Shown piece by piece: positions 1-9,730 of a stretch of 64,000 nucleotides of DNA. Each line of letters starts with the position of its first letter. Position 1 is the stretch's first letter. Source of the stretch: Armatimonadota bacterium. Its GTDB lineage: Bacteria; Armatimonadota; UBA5829. The position numbers and the translations under genes are program-made. The stretch covers positions 247 to 64,246 of the forward strand of contig JAPLCU010000009.1 in the NCBI GenBank assembly GCA_026392045.1. The letters run 5' to 3'. Below the pieces are notes generated by a model that saw only the letters and a list, made by a program, of their open reading frames with translations, ran no database searches and was not told the origin of the DNA.

Positions 1-600
1 CGAAAGATCAAAGCTTTTGAAACTTGGGAACATGTGATAAGCCATTTCCAGCTTGACATTCATGCCCACGTTCACGCCAGCAAATACGCTTCCTCCAGGG
101 CCCGCAAAGCGAAAACCCGTATCGATATTGTCTGCCAGAGAGCGTATATTGGCTATACAGAGGCTGGCTGTTCCGCCCACGTAAGGCGAGAACGCCCGGG
201 ACATGCCGAGTCTGTGCGTATACTTAAAGCCAAACGGAAAAATGGCTGCGTAATCGCTGTCAGATTTCCGGCTGATGCCATCGAATTGAAACTGGAGTCT
301 ATCTTTGCTTCTGTCTTCATCGCGATAGTCAACAGTAATCCCAATCATCATCCAGGAATCGCCAAACCGGCTTCTGGTCTTGTCATTGGTAGGTAGATAG
401 ATACCCGCGCTCGGTTTCAGGGCGAGCCTGGGTTTTCTGGGTTTCTTGGGCTCTGGGGTTTCCGCCGGAATAGGGGCAGGCGCGTTGAGCGTCGGTGCTG
501 GCTCAGCTACCTGCGCATGACATCGAAGCGCAGGCAGCGCGGTCGTCATCACAATCGCCGCAGTGGTCAGCAAAAGAATACCTTTTGAATTGATCATCAT
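1..600 (-). CDS. Secreted outer-membrane beta-barrel-like protein, partial (runs off left edge)
   Basis: Not in the ORF track. Read by hand from ATG at 600 with an upstream GAAGGTG RBS: MMINSKGILLLTTAAIVMTTALPALRCHAQ (signal peptide), a Pro-rich linker, then amphipathic strands such as FSPYVGG and VKLEMAYHMF. No stop before position 1. Confidence 0.6.
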   Translation of the reverse strand, partial: MMINSKGILLLTTAAIVMTTALPALRCHAQVAEPAPTLNAPAPIPAETPEPKKPRKPRLALKPSAGIYLPTNDKTRSRFGDSWMMIGITVDYRDEDRSKDRLQFQFDGISRKSDSDYAAIFPFGFKYTHRLGMSRAFSPYVGGTASLCIANIRSLADNIDTGFRFAGPGGSVFAGVNVGMNVKLEMAYHMFPSFKSFDLS

Positions 601-772
601 CTTCACCTTTTTCTTTGATAAGGAATGGAACGTGACATTTGCGCAAAGCGAGCTTTACCCACTTATTATGTTTCATCTTAGCATTCCTGTCAATACGCGA
701 TGTGTAAAAAAGACGCCAAAAAGGACTTTTATTCGAGTACCGGGAACAAATAACAGACAATCTGACGTAATA

Positions 773-1429
773 ATGCCTATGATCAGCTCAATTGAATGGA
801 TGGCTTGGAACGTAATGCTTGCGGTGATCCCCGTGGTTCTCGCGTATGCGTTGGTAGGCGTCTCGAAACTGAAAATAACAAAAGGACTAAAATACACCGC
901 AATGGCAGCGCTGACGCCTATATGGTTCTTTTTCCTGCCCAACACCTGTTACCTGATAACCGAATGGCGCCACTATTTCTTCACTTTGGATGCCAACAAC
1001 CTCTTTTTGCGAACACATACAGACAGCCGGTTGCTCATGCCGCTATTGGCATTCTCTATCTTCTATGCGTTATACAGCGGGTTTGGGATGATGACTTTCA
1101 CCCTGGCTGTGAGACCAATAGAACGCCTTTCCGCGCGTGTAAGTTGGCCGATTTGGAAATGGGGCCTACCGTTCTTCGCGCTGGTTTCGCTGGGAGTTTA
1201 CCTCGGCCTGGCGCTTAGATTCAACAGCTGGGACATGTTTTACAGATCTGGGCACGTTTGGAGCGCGATAATGGATGTCTTAACAAGGCCAAGGCTGTTG
1301 GCATTCATAGTAGGCTTCGGACTCTTCCTTTGGATTGCATACGAGGCCCTGGATATCTGGGTGGACGCTATAGCCGAGCGTTGGAAAGCGTTAACAGGCA
1401 AACTAACAAATGAGCAACTGCCAAATTGA
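773..1429 (+). CDS. DUF1361-family integral membrane protein
   Basis: WNxxLAxIP, FFLPNTxYLIT and GVYLGxxLRFNSWD motifs, with several TM helices. Start moved from 563 to the ATG at 773. Confidence 0.75.
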   Translation: MPMISSIEWMAWNVMLAVIPVVLAYALVGVSKLKITKGLKYTAMAALTPIWFFFLPNTCYLITEWRHYFFTLDANNLFLRTHTDSRLLMPLLAFSIFYALYSGFGMMTFTLAVRPIERLSARVSWPIWKWGLPFFALVSLGVYLGLALRFNSWDMFYRSGHVWSAIMDVLTRPRLLAFIVGFGLFLWIAYEALDIWVDAIAERWKALTGKLTNEQLPN

Positions 1430-1600
1430 TAGATGATATTTATGTCTGTTTTGATCTCCCACACCCTGCATAACTGCGCATTATGATGCTTAGCAAAAAA
1501 AAACTCAACTATTTTCGGTTATCGCGAAGGACATTTGCCTGCAATCGCTAAGTTACATATATCAGGGGTTTGTATTACCCCAATTTTGGAGGCGAAAGTT

Positions 1601-2296
1601 TTGAAGTATTTGTTTCTAGTGATTCTTTTACTGTTTGTGGTGAGTTGTGCGTTTGCCGATGACATCGTTACGATGCCTACCGCAAACCAGCTCAAGGCCG
1701 GCGAACTTGATGCCGCCGTCTACTATCTGAATTTGGACACCCCAGCGGGAGCGCCGCAGTTTGTTCAGATGCAGACACTCTACTACGGCCTCACGGACAA
1801 GCTGGAGCTGGATATACACCGTTCTGCCATAGACAACGTCAAGACCAGCACCATCCTCGTAGGATCATACAAGCTCCTCTCGGAGTCGCCGACAACACCA
1901 GACCTGGTGGTTGGCTGTCGAAACATAGGTGGCGCAGCCACATTGCCGGATGCCCCAGGCATATCAAACAAGACTAGGGATCGTTCGTATTTTTTGGCAG
2001 CTGCCAAAACTTTCTTCTTTAATCCGGAGCAGCCGGGTCCACCTTTGGTTCGAGTTCATCTGGGAATTGGCACAGAGGACTGGACATTGCTCGGCGAGAA
2101 GAGGCACGACGGCATTTTCGGCGGACTGCAGTTCCTGCTGCGCCCTGAATTGGGTCTCGTGGTTGAACACGACGGTCAGGACCTCATCACAGGCATCACA
2201 ATTATGCCTAAGAACTCCGGGCTGACCATCAAGGGCGGCATGTTTGGCGATCATACATGGGTAGGAATCGCTTATAGGGCAGAGTTGTCCAAATAG
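1601..2296 (+). CDS. Secreted protein, probable outer-membrane beta-barrel (YjbH-like)
   Basis: TTG start after GGAGG, signal peptide ending AFA-D, amphipathic strands, C-terminal WVGIAY. Confidence 0.55.
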   Translation: MKYLFLVILLLFVVSCAFADDIVTMPTANQLKAGELDAAVYYLNLDTPAGAPQFVQMQTLYYGLTDKLELDIHRSAIDNVKTSTILVGSYKLLSESPTTPDLVVGCRNIGGAATLPDAPGISNKTRDRSYFLAAAKTFFFNPEQPGPPLVRVHLGIGTEDWTLLGEKRHDGIFGGLQFLLRPELGLVVEHDGQDLITGITIMPKNSGLTIKGGMFGDHTWVGIAYRAELSK

Positions 2297-2329
2297 GCAG
2301 AATTGTCTTTTCGGTATAAGCCAATTATC

Positions 2330-2365
2330 AAAACGCCCCGCTTTTGTGTTAAGCGGGGCGTTTTT
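2330..2365 (+). terminator. Rho-independent terminator
   Basis: AAAACGCCCCGCTT-ttgtgtt-AAGCGGGGCGTTTTT stem-loop just after the stop at 2296. Confidence 0.8.
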
Positions 2366-2511
2366 CTGCGATTTTGCATGCATTCTTTTCATTTCATTGC
2401 CCTCTCGGCAGGATTACAAGCGTATTTGGGGGAATAATTATCTGGGCGCCTGTGTCGGGAACCACGCGGGCGTTTTTGGAATCTAATAAGCACAGGCATA
2501 TATTTTTTATA

Positions 2512-2726
2512 CTTCGGGACTGTTTTTCGTCCCGAAGGGGTTTTTTTATACTTTATACTTCGGGACTGTTTTTCGTCCCGAAGGTGGGGTTTTTTTATAC
2601 TTTATACTTCGGGACTGTTTTTCGTCCCGAAGGTGGAGTTTTTATACTTTATACTTCGGGACTGTTTTTCGTCCCGAAGGTGGGGTTTTTGTGCGTGCTT
2701 CGGGGCGAAATGCGAGCCCACGAAGC
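2512..2726. repeat. Tandem array of a 26-bp palindrome (CTTCGGGAC-TGTTTTTC-GTCCCGAAG), 4 exact copies plus 1 degenerate
   Basis: Copies start at 2512, 2558, 2607 and 2654 (period 46-49 bp), with near-identical G/T-rich linkers. Degenerate copy at about 2697-2726. Confidence 0.9.
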
Positions 2727-2779
2727 ATAGTCAGCATATCTTTTCTGCGCGTTTTCACTTTCAATCATGGAGCTGAGCA

Positions 2780-3532
2780 TTGCTAAAAGTAACCAATTTA
2801 GTTAAATATTACAAGAGATTTCTTGCGGTTGACGGGCTGTCGTTTGAAGTGGGCGATGGAGAGATTGTGGGGCTGCTGGGGCCGAACGGCGCCGGCAAGA
2901 CCACTGTTTTACGCTGTGTCACGGGGATCGTGCAAGCTTCCGAGGGCGCTATAGAGATCGACGGCATTGACCTGGAAACCAACGAAGAAGAGGTCAAACG
3001 GCGCATTGCGTTTGTCCCAGAAGTGCCAACTCCTTATGAAATGCTTACAGTTTGGGAGCACCTGCGATTCATCGCGATGGCTTATCAGACTATGGACGGC
3101 TTCGAGGAACGCGCCGATGCCATGCTGCATAGGTTCGATCTAGATGAAAAGCGCAACGACCTGGTTCTGAGCCTCTCAAAAGGCATGAAGCAGAAGCTCG
3201 CCATTGCCTGTGCGTTCATCCATGAAGCTCGCGTAATACTATTGGACGAGCCTCTCATCGGAATCGACCCCAGAGGCGTGCATGAGCTCAAAGAGATGAT
3301 TTCCGAAGCGAAAAGCAATGGCAAAGCCATACTTATCAGCACTCACATGCTGGACACCGCCGAGCGCCTCTGTGATCGCATTATCATTCTTAGAAGAGGG
3401 ACGATCTTAGCCGAAGGAAACCTGGCAGAGCTGCATGAAAGCGCAAAAATGGGAAAAGATGCCTCCCTTGAGGATGTATTCCTGACGCTCACGGAGGAGG
3501 GTGGAGAAGTTGAAATCACTCCTCTATCTTGA
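2780..3532 (+). CDS. ABC transporter ATP-binding protein (ABC-2 type)
   Basis: Walker A GPNGAGKT, signature LSKGM, Walker B ILLDEP, H-loop ISTH. Confidence 0.95.
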   Translation: MLKVTNLVKYYKRFLAVDGLSFEVGDGEIVGLLGPNGAGKTTVLRCVTGIVQASEGAIEIDGIDLETNEEEVKRRIAFVPEVPTPYEMLTVWEHLRFIAMAYQTMDGFEERADAMLHRFDLDEKRNDLVLSLSKGMKQKLAIACAFIHEARVILLDEPLIGIDPRGVHELKEMISEAKSNGKAILISTHMLDTAERLCDRIIILRRGTILAEGNLAELHESAKMGKDASLEDVFLTLTEEGGEVEITPLS

Positions 3533-5186
3533 GATCAGGCAGCTCATAAATGCGATAAAGAACACTACCCGCAGCCCGAAAAGGCTCATTCCGGCGCTGC
3601 TGATGGGCGCATGGGTGGGATCCTGGTTCATTCACGGAATACTGCAATACACAAATGCGCCAGGCCCCAGGGCGCCAAGCCTGAGCCTGATCAAAGACAT
3701 TCCGATCAGTCTACTGGAAAACGGCGTATTCCTATTCATAAGCATCGGAAGCATGATTGTTATGTATAATGCTTTCAGCTCTGGAATGATGATCTTCTCT
3801 GTCTCTCACATAGATTTTCTGTTCCCCACCCCTATAAAAAGAAAATCTGTGCTGCTGATGAAGCTGGTCAAAGATTACCTGAAATACGGCTTTTACGTTG
3901 CATTTTTCTTTATGTTCATGGGTATTCCGGCGTTCGGAGCCCTCAATGTGAACGTCGTCCCCTCGGGGTTCATTAGCATTGCTGCTGTCACAGCGTTGAT
4001 GGCGCTGGTGATAAATCTATCGCACACCATCAATATCATCTTCACTTTCGGCTTTGAGCGACTGAAGCAGGCTGGCACAATCATCAAGGTAATTATTTTC
4101 GGGGCGCCGGCTTCTGCTGTTGCTTATGGTCTGTACGATTTTATGCGGGTCGGCAACGCCCAGGAGAGTTTCATACAAGCAATGAACTCACCGATAATCA
4201 ACTTCGTTTTCGCCCCCGCGCACTGGTGCGCAGTTCTATTTCTTGCGCCGCTGAATGGCGTTACGAAAATAGACCAACTACATCTTGCGCTGCTCACCGC
4301 CATGGCGCTGATAAGCTTTATTGTGCTGCTGTATCGCAGGGAAAATATCTATGAACCAGCGCTGGGAGTGAGCACGAAGTTCGCAGAAAGACGCGTCGCG
4401 ATGCGCACGGGCGACTATAGCGGGATTCGCGTAAATGAGCTGCGCGACAAAGGCGCGACGCACGCTGGCGGATTAAGTATCCCACCGTTTGGCCGAGGAG
4501 CGGTGGCTATCCTTTGGAAAAGTCTGCTTCTGCGCTATAGGCTCTCGACTACTCAGTTGATGATGATGATCATGCTTCCCATTGTCTTGATTTACGTCAT
4601 CAAAGTGAGTCTGCCCAGGCCTGAGCTGCTTTCCTACCTGCCGATGGTGCTGCTGTATGTGGTGTGGGCGATGTCTATGCTCGCTTCGGCGGAGATGCGC
4701 TCGGAGCTTAAGCAAGCCAATATATTGAAATCGATGCCCATTCGCGCCTGGAAGGTGATGCTGGCGCAGGCAGTCAATTCCACGTTATACTTGACTGCGG
4801 GTGTGTTTGTCTTTTCCGCTGTGATGTGGATTCTTGTGCCGGAGACGCGCGATCCTGACCCAAACAAAGGCTCTTTGCTGCTTGCCTGCATGTTTGGAGC
4901 GCCGTTCTTGGGGTTCGTGAATGTATCGGCGTCGATTGTCTCCGCTCTACTTTACCCAGACACCCGCGACCCAGCACAGTCTTTTCTCGGCGGCATGGTG
5001 TCCTTTATACTGGCTTCCCTGGCGCTGATTCCATGCATAGTAATCGTGCTGGGAATGCTGTTCGCCCTCAGATCATCTTACAGCAATATCGCGATTTCGG
5101 TCTCGCTGGTGAACTTAATCGTCGGTGCGTTGGGCGTGGCGCTTGCGGGGGTTCTATTCCATAGGTTCGACCCGACCAGCGACTAA
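3501..5186 (+). CDS. ABC exporter permease
   Basis: Many TM segments with a DFLFPTP motif. Overlaps the ATPase gene. Confidence 0.85.
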   Translation: MEKLKSLLYLEIRQLINAIKNTTRSPKRLIPALLMGAWVGSWFIHGILQYTNAPGPRAPSLSLIKDIPISLLENGVFLFISIGSMIVMYNAFSSGMMIFSVSHIDFLFPTPIKRKSVLLMKLVKDYLKYGFYVAFFFMFMGIPAFGALNVNVVPSGFISIAAVTALMALVINLSHTINIIFTFGFERLKQAGTIIKVIIFGAPASAVAYGLYDFMRVGNAQESFIQAMNSPIINFVFAPAHWCAVLFLAPLNGVTKIDQLHLALLTAMALISFIVLLYRRENIYEPALGVSTKFAERRVAMRTGDYSGIRVNELRDKGATHAGGLSIPPFGRGAVAILWKSLLLRYRLSTTQLMMMIMLPIVLIYVIKVSLPRPELLSYLPMVLLYVVWAMSMLASAEMRSELKQANILKSMPIRAWKVMLAQAVNSTLYLTAGVFVFSAVMWILVPETRDPDPNKGSLLLACMFGAPFLGFVNVSASIVSALLYPDTRDPAQSFLGGMVSFILASLALIPCIVIVLGMLFALRSSYSNIAISVSLVNLIVGALGVALAGVLFHRFDPTSD

Positions 5187-5323
5187 ACCACTTTGACCAA
5201 TACACAAAATAGCAGAATCGGAGTCCAACCCAACGCCATTCGGCTATGGCGGGCAGGCTGGTTAATGAACGAGCTTGAGCAAAAGGAGATGCCGAGACCC
5301 GACGATCTGACGATCTCTACCAC

Positions 5324-5454
5324 GATCGCCCTGGAAATCTGTTCCAGGGCGCAGGTATTGCGGAAATCCATTCCGCCGGTAAAGCCCTGGCAGGTAAATC
5401 ATCCCGATTTAATCGGGAGAAACGTGCGTCGGGGAACAGATTTCCCCGACGATC
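5324..5454. repeat. Inverted pair of REP-like palindromes (REPIN-like)
   Basis: 5324-5353 on the minus strand reads TGCGCCCTGGAACAGATTTCCAGGGCGATC. 5425-5454 reads TGCGTCGGGGAACAGATTTCCCCGACGATC. Lies between convergent genes. Confidence 0.7.
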
Positions 5455-5502
5455 TGACGATCACGATCTCTACCGATAGGTTTCAGTACGTAAGCCCTGC
5501 GA

Positions 5503-7167
5503 TTAGCTCTTCCTGCCCTTGATAAGCTTCTGGAAAGGCGATTCCGGCGACTTTGGATCGTCGTGTGACTGCTGCTGCCATTTTGCGAGCCTGGCTTTCA
5601 TGTCCTCGAGAATGTCTTTGTGCGTGGGGCTGTCTATGAGATTCTTCATCTCGTAATGGTCCTGCGTGAGGTCGTAAAGCTCGTCCATGTCCCCATCGTT
5701 CCAAACGTATTTGTATTGGTCAGTCACCACCATCCGACCCAGCTCATTCTTGAAATGGCCGTGGGTTTCGCACATCAGGTCCTTGCGCCAATCTTTTGTC
5801 TCGCCCGTGCACAATGGAAGTAAGCTGCGACCATCTGTCTCTTTGCTAAACGAAAGACCAGCGGCAGCCAGGAAAGTCGGCGCCAGGTCGATGTTTCCAA
5901 CGAGTTCTTTGCGCTTTTGACCGGGCTTTATTCTGCCTGGGAATCTGACAGCCATGGGAATGCGCATCATTTCTTCGGGCAAGTATGCGTCCTTGTCGAA
6001 GTGGCCGCCATGGCACGCAACGGCATCGCCATGATCGGTGGACCAAACGACCAGCGTATCCTTATCCAGGCCCAGCTTATCGAGCATGTCCACAATGATT
6101 CCGCCTGCATGATCGATCAGGCTGATCTGAGCGTAACACATCGCCAGCGCTTTCTGCCATTGCGACCACGGGAGCGGGTTGGGCTGGATGATATGCCTCT
6201 GACCATCGTGTAAAGGCCAATTCGCTTCCGATTTATATCGGTTTGGCTTTGTCTTAAGGTCATCTTTGAAGTTTGGATATTCGGGAATCGAGGCCGCATC
6301 ATACATATCCAGGAAACGCTTGGATGCAAAGTAAGGCGGGTGCGGCCCCCAAAAATCGATTCGCATCGACCACGGTTGATCGCTCTTTGATTTGGCCAAT
6401 TCTTCCAGTTGCTTACACGCCAGGTCAGCAAGGAACATGGCTTCATGCGTAGCTTCAGGCGAGGTCATCACCCCGGTCACATGCGGATTACACCACTCAC
6501 CGCGCACATGGTAAGGCTCCCCGGGGACGGCCCCTCGCAGCGCATCCGGTTTCTCCGCTCGGATCTTCTTAGCTTCCTCGGGTGAATTCAAAAACGATCG
6601 GCCGATTTTCACTTCAAAATCCGGCAGTCCGTGTTCCTTTAGATAGTCTTTATATTCAGGTTTGTTGTAGGGGCTATTATAGGATGGATTGGAGAACCCC
6701 TCGCAATGGTGATCTTTAGCCGTGCCTGCACCCGCATGCCACTTGCCATAATAAAAGTTGCGGTAGCCGTTTTGGGCCAGGATGTCCAGATAGACCTCCC
6801 GATCATAGGGAGCGTTGACATCATTCTTGATTTCACCATGATTGTGAGGAAAGAGGCCGGTGAGCATAGTTCTCCTGGATGGGCCGCAGAGCGGAGAGGC
6901 GCAATATGCCCTTGAAAACTCTGCACCCTGAGAGGCGAGACGGTCGAAGTTTGGCCTGCGAATTTTAGGGCCGCCGTAGGCGCCGTGGCCATAGAAAGCC
7001 TGGTGGTCATTTAGGATATATAATATGTTCGGTCTGCGCTTCTTCGATGCCTCTGCCATAACTGCCCCCGGAATGCTCAGTAAGGATGCGCCTGCTATCG
7101 TCGCAGCAGCGCCCTTTGCGGTGAGCTTTATAAATTCCCTGCGCGTAAGTTTAGATTTGTCTTCCAT
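5503..7167 (-). CDS. Tat-exported sulfatase (arylsulfatase/choline-sulfatase-like)
   Basis: Start at MEDKSKLTRREFIK (twin-arginine signal). Motifs PNILYI, CGPSR (formylglycine), GKWH and DHG. Confidence 0.9.
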   Translation of the reverse strand: MEDKSKLTRREFIKLTAKGAAATIAGASLLSIPGAVMAEASKKRRPNILYILNDHQAFYGHGAYGGPKIRRPNFDRLASQGAEFSRAYCASPLCGPSRRTMLTGLFPHNHGEIKNDVNAPYDREVYLDILAQNGYRNFYYGKWHAGAGTAKDHHCEGFSNPSYNSPYNKPEYKDYLKEHGLPDFEVKIGRSFLNSPEEAKKIRAEKPDALRGAVPGEPYHVRGEWCNPHVTGVMTSPEATHEAMFLADLACKQLEELAKSKSDQPWSMRIDFWGPHPPYFASKRFLDMYDAASIPEYPNFKDDLKTKPNRYKSEANWPLHDGQRHIIQPNPLPWSQWQKALAMCYAQISLIDHAGGIIVDMLDKLGLDKDTLVVWSTDHGDAVACHGGHFDKDAYLPEEMMRIPMAVRFPGRIKPGQKRKELVGNIDLAPTFLAAAGLSFSKETDGRSLLPLCTGETKDWRKDLMCETHGHFKNELGRMVVTDQYKYVWNDGDMDELYDLTQDHYEMKNLIDSPTHKDILEDMKARLAKWQQQSHDDPKSPESPFQKLIKGRKS

Positions 7168-7318
7168 CAAAATGTGCGCCTTCCTACGAATTGAGAATAC
7201 AACAAGTCTCTGCCAAAACCCTCTTTTGGCGAGCGCAAGCGCTGTTATTGGCTTCTGAGCCCTCTGATGTTTGACCGAACCGATCATGGGTATCTTGTTT
7301 TTTAGGTGGTGGAACATA

Positions 7319-7753
7319 ATGGCGAGCTTACCCGTCATGAATATGGGACATACTGGGTATATGGTGGTTCAGACAAACTCAATGGGGCTGTCTACGGCAA
7401 GAAAGCATGTGCACGGCATCGCAAGAGGACTGCGTTTCTCCGATGATGACGCAGCGGATATTCTGCTCGCTGTCGGAGAGGCCATATCGAATGCCTACAG
7501 GCACGGAACTCAAGACCACATTAACGGCTTCATATACATCGACTGGGAATTTGCCCAACGAACCCTTACAGTATCTGTTAAAGACGAAGGCTCCGCATTG
7601 CCATCCGGTATCCAATACTCGCTGGGTTCTTCGTTTACCCCAACTGGCTGTGGATTGGATATCATCCGAAAGAGCGTGGATGATGTCTTTCTTGAATGCG
7701 GCAGCGGCACAAGGATAGCGCTGAGGAAGCGCGCACGTGAATTATTACGTTGA
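7319..7753 (+). CDS. Anti-sigma factor / RsbW-like HATPase_c protein
   Basis: LAVGEAISNAYRHG, VKDEG and GCGLDII motifs. Start uncertain (7271-7353). Confidence 0.8.
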   Translation: MASLPVMNMGHTGYMVVQTNSMGLSTARKHVHGIARGLRFSDDDAADILLAVGEAISNAYRHGTQDHINGFIYIDWEFAQRTLTVSVKDEGSALPSGIQYSLGSSFTPTGCGLDIIRKSVDDVFLECGSGTRIALRKRARELLR

Positions 7754-7843
7754 CAGACAGGCTCGTTCAAGGCTACAATTACTATCCTAATGCCGACGGA
7801 ACGGCTTCACGTGGAATTTGGCAAGAAGCCTATCCGGCGGACG

Positions 7844-7873
7844 TGCATCGGGGAACGGATTTCCCCGACGATC
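7844..7873 (+). repeat. REP-like palindrome (GATC-footed family)
   Basis: TGCATCGGGGAACGGATTTCCCCGACGATC, same family as the copy at 5425. Confidence 0.7.
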
Positions 7874-8050
7874 ATAGTTTTGTCCGCGTCCCCGATTTTT
7901 CCACTACACCATATCCTAAGTAAATACTATTTGCTCGGTAAGCGCCCATATCTACGCGTCAAATTGCCTCGAAAGCGGTCGATTTACTGCTTACTGGTAA
8001 TCATTACAGTGTTCAGGGTACGATCTTTGCAACACATGTCGTAAGAGGGC

Positions 8051-9430
8051 ATGATGAAACAAATCAGAGACTTGATGACGTCTGATGTTGTGTGGGTAAA
8101 CCCTTCCACACGTGTTAAAACTGCCGTCATCTTAATGAAAGGGCATAATATCAGCGCGCTGCCGGTCATCCACAACACTGATGGTGTGGTTGGCCTTGTC
8201 ACGCTTCATGCTCTGCTTGGTGAAGCTCAGGACGCGCCCATCTCTAGTTTGATGGATACAAATTTTGCTTCAGTCGACCCTGATACGACCGCCCATAACG
8301 CCGCCGATTTGATGCAGGAAAGCAACACAGGCCATCTGCTTGTAATGGAAAACGGCCGGCTCCTCGGCATCGTCAGTGACAGCGATCTCATCCCCGAACT
8401 CGGCCGCACCTACGACCCGCTCACTGAACTGCCATGGTCAGATACATTCCGCGAATGGGCAATGAATGCGCTCAAAAAAGGGCAGGAAATCAGCGTAATC
8501 CTCTTCGATTTAGACCAATTCGGCAGGTTCAACAAGAAGCACGGGCATGTGATTGGCGATCGGGTGCTTCAAGAGGTTGCGGGTGTGTTCAAGACCAACA
8601 CAGACCCCAACCTGGAACTCACATGCCGATATGGCGGAGATGAGTTTGCAATTGTAAGCGTACGCCTTGCTGATGAGGCCGAAATGCTTGCTGCTCGGCT
8701 GCAGGAAAAAATTGCATTGCTTGCTGTAAAGGGTCTGCCGGAGAAGGTCACAGCAACTTGGGGTATGTTTGGCGGAATGCGCACCAAAGAGCGCGAAGAT
8801 ATGCATTACGCCGCCACGCTGGATGATCTCATCACCCGCGCAAGCAAAAATTGTATTATGAAGAAAAAACCATTCGAGACCGCGAAGGCGCAAGATGCTC
8901 CTGCCGCGCCCCCGAGAGACGAGCCGCAGGCCGCAGCAATTTCGCAGCCCTCTCGCCAAGAGGCCAGAGCAAGTCGCGCTAGCCAAGACGCAGCCGCAAG
9001 CTATGGCGATGAGCGCGCGCCCAGGCTCAAAATAGATACAATCAGCTTCTCATCCACCGGCACCGAGGTAAGCGCCTGCGTCATCTTAAAGCGAGACGGA
9101 AAGCAGTATAAGCGCGAAGTCACCGGGTATACGGTTGGAGGTAATGGCATGCTCCGATTGTTTGCCGAGGCGGCCGCAGGCGCTGTATGCAAGACACTCG
9201 CGCCTGAGCACGGAATAGTGGTTGAAGATACCGGTATAAATGATCTTGGCGATGACGAAGAGCTGGTCACGGTAGTAGCAATATATATTAGCCCAAGGCA
9301 GAACACTCGCCTGGCAGGAACTGCCCTTGTCCGCCGAGGCGATCAATACCGCGCCGCCGTTGCCGCCCTGCTCGATGCAGTAAACAGGCAGATAGAGCTT
9401 GCCCCGCCAGCCTGCGACGAAGAAGAATAG
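8051..9430 (+). CDS. CBS-pair plus GGDEF diguanylate cyclase with uncharacterised C-terminal domain
   Basis: Two N-terminal CBS repeats, DLDQFGRFNKKHGHVIGD and RYGGDEF. Confidence 0.85.
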   Translation: MMKQIRDLMTSDVVWVNPSTRVKTAVILMKGHNISALPVIHNTDGVVGLVTLHALLGEAQDAPISSLMDTNFASVDPDTTAHNAADLMQESNTGHLLVMENGRLLGIVSDSDLIPELGRTYDPLTELPWSDTFREWAMNALKKGQEISVILFDLDQFGRFNKKHGHVIGDRVLQEVAGVFKTNTDPNLELTCRYGGDEFAIVSVRLADEAEMLAARLQEKIALLAVKGLPEKVTATWGMFGGMRTKEREDMHYAATLDDLITRASKNCIMKKKPFETAKAQDAPAAPPRDEPQAAAISQPSRQEARASRASQDAAASYGDERAPRLKIDTISFSSTGTEVSACVILKRDGKQYKREVTGYTVGGNGMLRLFAEAAAGAVCKTLAPEHGIVVEDTGINDLGDDEELVTVVAIYISPRQNTRLAGTALVRRGDQYRAAVAALLDAVNRQIELAPPACDEEE

Positions 9431-9520
9431 AAATAGGATGGGAGGGCTCAGAATGCTGGAAGAGCGCTAAACGCGCCTACTGCGCGGCACGCTTCGCGTG
9501 AAAGCAGAAGGTCTCAAACT

Positions 9521-9605
9521 ACGTCATTCCGAGGAGAAACGACGAGGAATCTGCTTTTTCGGGACCTTGGTTCAAAGCAGATTCCTCACTGCGTTCGGAA
9601 TGACA
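9521..9605. repeat. Long REP-like inverted repeat
   Basis: CGTCATTCCGA...GAGGAATCTGCTTT / AAAGCAGATTCCTC...TCGGAATGACA between convergent genes. Confidence 0.7.
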
Positions 9606-9730
9606 TGCTCGGTACGTGTTTCTGGAAACGAATTCGGGGAGTTTCACGCTCAAAATGAGCAATATTTTTCTAAGATGGAACTAAACCTTCCCTTCTGGGC
9701 TCTCTGCTTTCCGCTTTCCACTTTCCACTC

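Noticed and set aside
2512-2726. CRISPR array
   Set aside because: Spacers are only 20-23 bp and nearly identical, no cas genes are present, and the same unit occurs dispersed elsewhere.
2374-2730. 118-aa ORF with repeated LYTSGLFFVPKVG
   Set aside because: It is simply the translation of the DNA repeat array and has no RBS.
5193-5522. 109-aa ORF after the ABC permease
   Set aside because: It runs through REP palindromes, and the repeated PDDLTI peptide is a repeat artefact.
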